Source of the DNA: Blastocystis sp. Blastoise
Lineage: Eukaryota > Protista > Bigyra: Opalinata
Assembly (NCBI GenBank): GCA_039096225.1
Contig: JBBPEB010000003.1
Span: forward strand, 1,178,001 to 1,242,000
DNA: 64,000 nucleotides
Reading direction: 5' to 3'
Shown: positions 36,479 through 64,000 of the stretch, piece after piece
How the letters are laid out: each line of letters starts with the position of its first letter
How positions within the stretch are numbered: the first letter of the stretch is position 1
Translations under genes and position numbers: made by a program
Notes under the pieces: model-generated
Told to the model about the DNA's origin: nothing
What the model saw: only the letters and a program-made list of their open reading frames with translations
Database searches by the model: none

Positions 36479-36753
36479 GATTTCCTTTTATGACAAAATG
36501 AATAATGAATTCACAATACTTGTAATAACCAAGAAGGAAAAGCAATATTTTTTTTAAAGACTCGTCACGATGGAATCTCGTCGATTTCTTGTTTTGAAAG
36601 AATTAACATAAATTCAGAGAAAAATACAGTTCTAGATTCGGATGTGAATTTTCATTCCATTTGACCAGAAATAGAAGGTTGACGTCCATTGTTCGTCTAC
36701 ATTTTTTATCATATAAATATCTCAGTATATTTTTTCTTTGATATCAAAAAAAA
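36479..36753. promoter_or_regulatory. Bidirectional promoter between RPL15 and RPL10
   Basis: 275 bp between divergent ATGs of two ribosomal-protein genes. Confidence 0.7.
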
Positions 36754-37924
<1,171 letters not shown>

Positions 37925-38439
37925 ATTATAAACTCTGATTAAGTATATTTTTTATACACTCGGCAGTAGGTAATCAAAGAAAAAAATTGTTTTGTTTATA
38001 TAATAGTTGCTCATATTATACATATTGTTAAAAAAAGAAATTGCTAATAATATCTATGACTATTATGGATATTAAAACATTTTAGTAAAGTGTTTAGGAC
38101 AAAACAAAAAAGAATCAGTTTTTCGACAGAGTTGCTGCGTTCAAGTTTTTGATGCGAGTTTATGGAAAAACGGGCTTAAAAATAATCACGGGGAAGAACA
38201 TAGTAGGGAATGAAGAAATAAATACCCATTTTCCTGTATTTTAAGCCAATGATTTTCAATTATTCGAATAAAAACCATGACAAATAAATGAATGTTCCAA
38301 TTAAAATCAAATTTTCTGATTTTTATCGAAAGTTAGTAAAAGAAATCATGGTGGTCGTATATAACATATAGAATATTATATTACTTTTTTAGATTAAAAG
38401 GAACTTAAACTTTATATCTAATATCTTAATTATCGAAGA

Positions 38440-48798
<10,359 letters not shown>

Positions 48799-49944
48799 AT
48801 ATATTAAAATGAATAATTACTTAAATGATTATATATATTAATTAGTAAATAAATATTGGATAAGTTGAATAGAGAATAGTTTTTTTAAAATCCAATTTAT
48901 TTGTTTTTAATTTCTCTATTTCTTTTATTCTTTATTCTTTATTTATTTATTTATAATATAATTAGTTGTAAATTTAATATATATTTCTGTTTTGATAATA
49001 TATATTATGTAATTTTCTTTTTGTGTATTTATTTATGTTTGTATACTTGCTGTATTTATGTATATATATGAATCATATTTATTATGTATATTTATGTATT
49101 TATTGATTTATTTTTCTTGTTTCATTTTTTTGTTTTTCATTTATTTCATTTTTTATATATATAAATATAATTGGATTTTGTTCATATTTTTTATTAAAAA
49201 ATCGTTATTATCATTCAATTCCATTCTACCTATATTATATATTGTTATTTATACTCTATATATGTATTTAATAATGTTTTTAAATAGTTCATCATCTTGT
49301 TTTTGTTTACCCTGTCTTAAAAGCATTTCTATACCATGTGTATTTCCTCTTCTTCTATATGTGTGTTTTAGTTTCATTCTATATATCTGAAAATTTTAAT
49401 TTTTTGATATTTTAAAAAATAATTATCTCTTCTCTAATTCATTATATATATTTTACTAATTTTTTTTTTAATACAATAATATAAATATTTTAGTCTCTTT
49501 TTATATAACAAACACATCATTTTTTTATTCAATTAAACTCTTACTGTATGATTCTTGTTTAGTTATCGTTTACACAACTATTTTTTTATAATAAATCATA
49601 TTAAATATACATTTTTTTCAAAGAAAATAAAAATATTTTTTTTGTTTTGTTATTTTTTAAAAATTTTCCATATTTAACACTACGATAATTGTTTTAATAA
49701 TATAGATTACATTCTAAACATTATACAGTTGTCAAATCTAATATAATCTCGCTTGTAATACGCAATTTAAAACAACAAGATGTGAATTAACTTTAAGAAT
49801 TTTTACATATTTAATCATTTTCATACTTTTAATGTTTGATCAAAAATATAGTTAGATTAATATAAAAAATACTTTTGTAAATAAAGAATTTGAAACGTAA
49901 TGATGAATAGTCATAGAGCGTTGGAAGAAATCACATGACATGAA

Positions 49945-50026
49945 GACAACGTGGCCGAGTGGTTAAGGCGTTGGCCTGCTAAGTCAATACCCTTTGGGTG
50001 CGCGAGTTCGAATCTCGTCGTTGTCG
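49945..50026 (+). tRNA. tRNA-Ser(GCT)
   Basis: 82 nt, GACAACG...CGTTGTCG acceptor stem, anticodon loop CT-GCT-AA, long variable arm, GAGTTCGAATCTC. Confidence 0.96.
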
Positions 50027-50126
50027 AATTTTTATTCTTTTGTAAATTGTACTGATTTTAGAACATGTGTTTTTTCTATAATTTTATCTTTTATTGGTTT
50101 TTTGCGTACATTTATCGTTTATCTTT

Positions 50127-51697
50127 ATGGTGTGTGATACCTCAAAAAGTGATGAATTGTTGAAAAGGATACCTACGTATATAACATTCATGCGTGAAAT
50201 AATAAATATGAGTTTGGCTTTATCAAAAGTTACTAACAATTTGATAAAACTGATTAGAACTGATATACATAATAATACTGATAGCGAATATATGAATTGT
50301 AATTTTCCTGATTCCTTTGTTGATGATGAATGTGAAATAAGTACTCAAGATTGTTTTAATGATGATGCTGATGATGTAGATTTAATTCGTTTTTCAATTA
50401 ATGGTTCTACTTTCGAGTTATCAAGATCAATTATAGATTCATTAGAAGGTTCATATATTTATGAACAAAGTTGCCAAGATTGTCGAACAACAGATGGAGA
50501 AATTTTCTTGGATTATAGAGGAAACGAAAGTAACGTTTATTTTTTACTTGATTATTTAAATGGTAAGTATGTTGATTTTGGTGCTTTTAATTATGAGGAA
50601 CAATTAGAATTATTAGATTTATTTGAATTTTGTGGAATAGAACTTCCAGAGGATTTGATTGTTTGTAGAGATCGAAGAAATAAGAATATGAGAATCAAAC
50701 CGAATGATGATGAAATCCGGTTAGTTATTAATGGTAAAGAAGATATAATAGTAAGACATTATTTAATAAAAACAAAAATGTGGAATTATTATATAATGAA
50801 TTATGATCATGGATATGTTAATTATAATGCTGATAAAGATTATTTCTATGTAAATATGAATTATGAATATTCTGATTATATATATCAATATATAGCGAAT
50901 AATTATATTAGTATTGAATCTGATAAAATGGATTGTATTAATAAAGAATTATTATTAAATGAAATGATAGACATATTTGGTGCTACAATAAAAGAATCAG
51001 TTGAAGAAGGATTAAAACCGTTGAAATATTTCCAAGGATCAAAAATAATAATGAATAAAAAAAATGGAAACAATATTAATAAATTGGTTAAATCATACTC
51101 AATTATTAGTTACCAGATTTCTATTATATATAATGGGTGAAGAGAGAAAATGGAAGTTATTATTTAGAGCAAGTGACCATGAATATAAAGCAACTGAATT
51201 TCATAAATATTGTAATAATAAAGGAGAAACAGTTACTTTAATTAAGCATATAGGTCATAATAATCATATTAATATATTTGGAGGATATACAGATCAAAAT
51301 TGGGATAATTCATGTGGTATGTATATTTATTCATATATTTATTTCTATATATATTGTTATAATATGATTAATTTTTATTCTTCTAGGGTTATCAAAATCA
51401 AATGAATTTCTATTTACATTAAGTAATGAACATGGTATTCCTGCTACTCAATATAATGATGTCACGTTAATAGGTACAAGTGGTATTCGCTTACACCCTG
51501 CTCTAGGTCCGTCATTTGGTAATTATGATATATATATAGCTGATGATTGTCATAATACTAATAACTCATTCTGTTGTGCATATAATTATTCAGAAGTGTA
51601 TACACGTCAAAGAAATTCGCTATTTGTAAATACTAGATCTAGAAGTGAATATAATCATTTTATTGTAGATGATTATGAAGTATGGGGTATAGAATAA
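50127..51697 (+). pseudogene. BTB-like plus TLDc domain gene with an apparent +1 frameshift in an A8 run (pseudogene or sequencing error)
   Basis: FSINGSTFELSRS...FLLDYLNG (BTB-like); KWKLLFRAS...FHKYCNNKGETVTLIK...IFGGYT...EFLFTL...GPSFG...DYEVW (TLDc). Frame break at 51057-51064. Confidence 0.75.
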
Positions 51698-52409
51698 AAT
51701 TATATATATATATATACTTTATATGTATATACTTTGTATCCTTTTTTATTTCATAATATAAATAATTATATATGAAAAATAGTTTGTATTTTTTATAATT
51801 TTTAATATATATATATATATATATATATTTCTATTATTTTTTTAATTATAAGAATATAAATATATTTCTTTTAATAATAGTTTTAATGATTAGTAATAAT
51901 AAGATATATGAATGAATATTTATTATTTTGATTATAATTTATGTTTTAAATAGTATATTAGATTATTTTAAAATTATTGTTTTCTTTTAATATAAAGAAA
52001 AAAAAAGAAAAAGATATATAAAAGTAGAATAAATTGATATATAAATAAAAGAATGATAATAAAAGGATATAATTTGTTGTTTACATTTAAAAAAAGAAGA
52101 AATTAACAAAATAAAAATTTATTTTTATAAAAAAAAATATATATATATATATAATTATAAATAGGATTTTATGAATATAAAAATAAAAAAGAATATATAA
52201 ATATGACAATGAATAAATAAAAAAAAATAATAAAAAAAAAATAATATTTTCTACGATTATAAAGAGAGTAGAATTTTCTCAAGAAAAAAAATAATAAAAA
52301 CAAAAATAAAAAGAGAAAAAATAGAGAGAAAAAGAGAATTTATTATGATTATTACAAAGAAAAAAATAAAATATAATATTTATTGAATATCATTATAAAA
52401 TAATAAATA

Positions 52410-53414
52410 ATGAATAAGATATTGATACGTTTACTATTATTATTGCCTTGTGTATATGGTTTAGTTCATTCTTCTTTATATTATTCGTTACATTATAAGA
52501 ATTATGTGATAGAATATAATAAGAAATATGATGATAAAGAATATAATTATCGTTTATCCGTATTTTCAAAGAATATTGATTTTATAGATAGTGAGAATAA
52601 GAAGAATCATAGTTTTACTTTAGGTTTAACTCGTTTTAGTGATATATCAAATGAAGAATTTCGTTCATCTCGTTTATGTGGTTGTTCTTTAGTTCATAAT
52701 AATAATAATAATAATAATAAACATAATAATAATAATAATAATACAAGAATATTATTAAATAAAGAAGATATTCCAGAAAGTATAGATTGGCGTGATAAAG
52801 GAATTGTTAATGAAATACAAGATCAAATATATTGTGGTTCATGTTGGGCTTTTTCAGCTGTTTCTTCTTGTGAAAGTGTTTATGCTCAAAAAACAAATAA
52901 ATTATTAAAAGTATCTGAACAACAATTAGTTGATTGTGATCATGGTAATTTTGGTTGTTCTGGTGGTGTAGTTGCTTGGGCTTTTAATTATATAAAGAAA
53001 ATAGGTTTATGTAGTGAAGAATCTTATCCTTATGTAAATCGTGAAGATGAGTGTAAATCAGATAGTTGTGATAAGATATTAACAATAAGTGATTCTGTAA
53101 ATATTGCTGAAGGTGATGGTGAATCGTTACGAATTGCTATATCAAAACAGCCTGTTTCTTTATCTTTAGCTGCTGGTACAGAGTTTTTTCATCATTATAC
53201 AAGTGGTATATTAGATTCTGAAGAATGTGGAACTTCAATAAATCATGCCGTTGTAGCAGTTGGTTATGGTAAAGAGAATGATAAAGAATATATTTTAATT
53301 CGTAATTGTTGGGGTAAAGAATGGGGTGAGAATGGTTATATACGAATAGCTTATCAATCAAGTGGTTTAGGTATTTGTGGTATAAATACACAAGCAACTT
53401 ATCCAATTGCTTGA
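52410..53414 (+). CDS. Papain-family (C1A) cathepsin L-like cysteine protease, intronless
   Basis: Signal peptide, I29 propeptide (FTLGLTRFSDISNEEF), DWR, QIYCGSCWAFS, SEQQLVDC, NHAV, RNCWG. Confidence 0.95.
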   Translation: MNKILIRLLLLLPCVYGLVHSSLYYSLHYKNYVIEYNKKYDDKEYNYRLSVFSKNIDFIDSENKKNHSFTLGLTRFSDISNEEFRSSRLCGCSLVHNNNNNNNKHNNNNNNTRILLNKEDIPESIDWRDKGIVNEIQDQIYCGSCWAFSAVSSCESVYAQKTNKLLKVSEQQLVDCDHGNFGCSGGVVAWAFNYIKKIGLCSEESYPYVNREDECKSDSCDKILTISDSVNIAEGDGESLRIAISKQPVSLSLAAGTEFFHHYTSGILDSEECGTSINHAVVAVGYGKENDKEYILIRNCWGKEWGENGYIRIAYQSSGLGICGINTQATYPIA

Positions 53415-54056
53415 TTTTTATTTTTTTATTTTTTATTTTTATTTTTATTTATTTAATTTTTTATATATAAATAATAATATATATATTAAATAATTAGTTT
53501 TGTTATAAATAAATAAATAAATAAAAGAAGAACGAAGAAATAATAATATTGAAATGAAATACAAATAAAAGAGGATTGATTAATTTAAATAATATAATAT
53601 AAATTATTTATAAAATAAATAGTGAAATAATATAAATAATTATGAATATAAATTAATATTATTAATTTGAAAAGAAAGAAAGAGAGAACTACTAAAAGAA
53701 AAAAGTAGAAACAACGAAGAAATCCATAAAATGATAGAAATTTATATTAATAGTTATTATAGTATAATAATAAGAAAAGAGAATAAAATGAAGAAACGAA
53801 GTTAATTGATAATGAAATAAGAATAGATAATAATGAAGTAAAAGAATTCTTTTGATTGGATGGGATATAGAAGAAAAGATTCGTTTGAATAAATTATTTT
53901 AAAGAAGATAATATTTTATTCTTATTAATTATTTTTTTTTATTTCTTTTTAAATAAATAATAATAATTATATTTTATCTTCTTCTTTTTTTAAATTAGAT
54001 TTATTTATTATATAAAATATTAGATCCTATAAATAATAATAAGTTAATTAATAGAA

Positions 54057-57791
<3,735 letters not shown>

Positions 57792-58373
57792 ATTTGTTTT
57801 CTGTTTTTATCATATTTTTATAATTTTGTGTATTTAATAATTTTATGTATATTCAATAAAATGTTCTCATGGATGTGCTATTATTTAAATATTTCATAAA
57901 ATAGGTTATAAAACTACTTTAAAGAAAAAAATGTTAACAATTTGTTTTAATACTAGTGTTTAGCATATATTTTTATTATATAAATAATCACAATAAATTA
58001 ATTTTTATTTTGATATAATTATAATTGTTACCATTAAGGAATATATCACAAAACATATATATATTATATATTTAATATTATTTCGTACTATATATATATA
58101 TCCAGTGTTATAAAATATTGTTGTTAATTCTTTCATTTATTCTTAAAGGTTTAAGTTCATTCATTTTATAATATGTATCATAAATTTCAATTATTCTTAT
58201 AAGATTTTAAGAGTCATTTTCGTTATAGAAATGACTAAATATTAAGTTCATTTCATTAAAAATTTTAAATCAAGTAGATAAATATATATATAATATACTC
58301 TATTATATGTATATATTATTATTGAATAACAAACAAAACAAATAAAGGAAACGATTTATAAAACAAAAGATAT

Positions 58374-59242
58374 TTAGCTATCACGATTTGATAGTATATA
58401 ATAGGTGACAGACTTGGGTTCCATCGAAATATCAATATCAATCGAATAATCACGGTTAATAGTAATAACAACTTCGTCTCTTCCTTCGTGAGATAAAGCA
58501 AGTTTATTTTCAATACCAGTATAATAAACAGGAATATTAATGGTTTTCTTAATATTTGTTGTAAGAGGATTCTAGATATATATATATATATATCATTATT
58601 ATAGTTCTATTATTATTCATTATAATGAGTATACATTTAAAATAGTCCATTATATAATAATAATAATAATTATATGTATATATGTATATATACAAAGATC
58701 ATGAGAAGTCCTTGATGAGGTTCAATAAAGGGATCTACGTGCATAAACATATCTATATCCGTATTTGTAGCTCTCTTTATATGAATAATATCACCATTTA
58801 ATAACTCTCGGTACTGTTTATAAAAATTAACCCATTTCTGAACAATTCCCTTGGTTTTTTCGGTATCCCATATATAAGGTCCTCGATAGCACGCAGCAGC
58901 ACCTGCACCTAAATATTGAGCCAATCCCAATTCATAATCCTGAATGTGTTCCTCTAACGGAATGAAAGAGGCTGCGTCACCACCTCCATGGTACTGAACA
59001 ATAGGCAAAAACATCCATCCTTCAGAGGGAATAATATAATATGTATTATCATAAATAGTTTGTCTGGATATTAACAATTGTTGTTCTCTCGGAAGACTGA
59101 ATTGTGATTCATCATAGCCCATACTGTGTTTATTTCCTCCTTGGTATATATAATAGTCAGGCTGATTTATATATACATTCCTCTCTCGGTAGTGACGATA
59201 GAAGTCGCCTTGTAGTAATGTCTGGAAATAAGTAGAATCCTA

Positions 59243-59330
<88 letters not shown>

Positions 59331-59643
59331 TATATACATGAACATCTTTGTGATATTTGTGTTTAGTAGATTCGCATTCATAACCAGGATAAGGACCATC
59401 AGTTTCAAATACTGATAAACCTAGAATAATACAAGTATAATAAACATAATAATAACCACAATAATAATCTCTCTCTCTATATATATATATACCTGTCATA
59501 TCCATCATGTTATCGACTGTCTCGGTAAGGTAATCCACCCAGCCAGAGGCGAAGCAAGCATCCCCCGTACTGGCGTGTGTTTCAGGATTAATACGACGGA
59601 ATTCCTCTATACATTCAATTATACATAAAGATAAAGATAAAGA

Positions 59644-59687
<44 letters not shown>

Positions 59688-61175
59688 TATATATACCTCC
59701 TGGATCTCTAGTCCACGTGATCAGATCATATCCTCCGACTTCGATACCCTTCGATTTGGCATAATCCGTTATATTCTTCAGTTTCATGACATACGATGCG
59801 TCATGGATACGCTCGTAATTGAAATCTGTACCAAAAGTGAAAATCAGCATTTCAAAACCAACTTCAGCAATATTATCAATTAGTTTCTTAGCACCTTCCA
59901 AACTAGTTTCAGTCCCGTGGAAAAAGATGGGATTCTCTTGGATTTGAGGCGCCAACAGTCTTTTCATTCTACGGATGGCGAGAGAATGACGTTCTTGGGA
60001 TGATGCATCGGTAATCAGCAGAAATACACGGAATGATGTAAATCCTTGACTATACATATATATATATATATAAATATAAATAAATAAATAAATAAAAAAA
60101 TATATAAATAAATAAATAAATAAATAAATACTCTAAGAGTACTTTTAATGTAGAGGTATATTTTACTTCGTACACTGGTTCACGTGCTCCTGGATATCGA
60201 CCTGTTTTAGAACTAGTATTCCAATCAACAACTGTACTATGTGCATAGTTCGTTTCTATATATATCATTCCCGTCATGTCGTAGAACCAGCGCTTATGAA
60301 CGAATGAGGGACCAACCTCAATATTTGAGGGACCATTCAATATAGGATTATAGGGAACTTCTGTTTCAAGTGTATCAACAATAATAGACGTTAGTAGTAC
60401 TTGTTCAGAAGTCTTACCAACAGTAATATACTTTGTAAATAGGGGATAACCAGTGTATATTTCATAGTGAACAGTTACCTATATATATAATAGAATATAA
60501 TATAATATTATAGATAATATGATATTATCTGTATATAATATAGTAAATAATATAATATAATAAATAATATAATGTAATAACATACAACAACCGATTTATG
60601 AGTTTCAGGAGCCGTTTCAGGACTTTTAAAATCGAATTCGATATGAATACCCTATATAAATAATAATGTATATATATATAATAGAGATATATCAGAAATG
60701 AAATTAAATATATAATTAAAGCATATTCTCATACTTTAGGAGGCCATTGAATGTTCTTCTTAGTACCTCTAGACCCTGGTGTCCATTTATAAGGAGGAGT
60801 GATACCACTCTGACGATATCCAACAAAATGAAATGCATCAGCATTTACGGAATAATGAATATCAGTTAGATTCTGATATGCAGTTGTCGAGTCCTGTAAC
60901 AAATCACCGATATTGTAAGTTTTATCGTCAAAAGTAATAATAGCTTCAGGTGAAATAGTACGTAATATATCAGTTTCAGATGTATAACTATATAACGATG
61001 TACAAGCAAAGCCAGGTGAAGTTCTGAATGCACGTCGAACAAGACCATTATCTATAGTTATGGCTTCATCCTGAACAACAATCTCTGGTACATCAGTGTA
61101 TTCGTGAATAAGCCAGTCTTTTGGTTTCGCAACAGCTAGAGCCAAAAATAGAACGAATGTTAAAAATTTTATCAT
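58374..61175 (-). CDS. Secreted alpha-galactosidase-like glycoside hydrolase (GH27/36-like TIM barrel; 8 exons)
   Basis: Signal peptide MIKFLTFVLFLALAVA; DNGLVRRAF, ENPIFFH, GFEMLIFTFG, GIEVGGYDL, CFASGW, ETDGPYPG, GWMFLPIVQYHGGG, CYRGP, NGDIIH. Confidence 0.75.
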
Positions 61176-61781
61176 GTTACTAAAACAAAACAATTTTATG
61201 AGAAATGAAACAAAGAAACAAGAAACCCAAATCTCGGTTTCTATCTCAAATTGAGCATCAGTATTTCTCATATTATTATTGGATACTCTAAAGATCTATC
61301 CAATAAAAATGGTATTGTGTTTCAAAATATTTATTTGTGTTTTAATAAAAAGGGGAAACAAAAAGTGACGAAAAAACGTCATTTCATCATATATTTCTAA
61401 ATTGACTATTGTCTATTTATATAATGTAATATATATAAATATGTTCATCAAACTATAACATATGAATATATAAAAACATATGCATAAAAAAATAGTCTTT
61501 ATATATATATATTATTTTTTTGTTTTTTGAAGACATTTATATTTTAAACTTTACATAATTTCTTGTATAGAATATCACTGTTAGTAATATGACATGTATA
61601 TGTTATTTATTTTAAAACATTAAATATTATTTTGATCATTTTGGAAACGTACTCTTTTGAATATTTTCTAAGTTTATAACTTAATATATTATGAAATCTA
61701 AATAATTATTTTACAGTATACTTTTATATTATAATATATAATAACATAAAACAGTTAAAACGATCTATAATAAGCAAAGAC

Positions 61782-64000
<2,219 letters not shown>

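Noticed and set aside
49899-49944. Box C-like ATGATGA just upstream of tRNA-Ser (snoRNA)
   Set aside because: No box D (CTGA) or terminal stem.

Overview
Very AT-rich, intron-dense eukaryotic (protist) DNA. The TGTTTGTT-type 3' motifs, BTB-TLDc gene, papain protease, FUT8-like glycosyltransferase and secreted glycosidase suggest an AT-rich Blastocystis-like stramenopile, but this is inference. I spliced about 22 protein genes by hand: TBC RabGAP, two FHA proteins, STE20 kinase, MTHFR, SIL1, GTP cyclohydrolase II, PSTK, secreted PTP-like, RPL15/RPL10 head-to-head, a ~3000-aa surface protein with 22 HormR-like repeats, TLDc, cathepsin, a glycosidase and several unknowns. There are also two tRNAs (Lys-CTT, Ser-GCT). 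Most short ORFs in the supplied track are (TAT)n intron artefacts. Highlights: (1) an unannotated ~400-nt GC-enriched structured RNA candidate at 7.8-8.2 kb with a pseudoknot and a possible telomerase-like template; (2) five introns with non-canonical ends that always copy the adjacent exon; (3) an AC-ending intron in PSTK; (4) a >2.2-kb near-perfect inverted repeat of a gene with a phage/PGDYG-like motif, enclosing a glycosidase; (5) introns with self-complementary (TA)n ends and strand-biased (TAT)n tracts.
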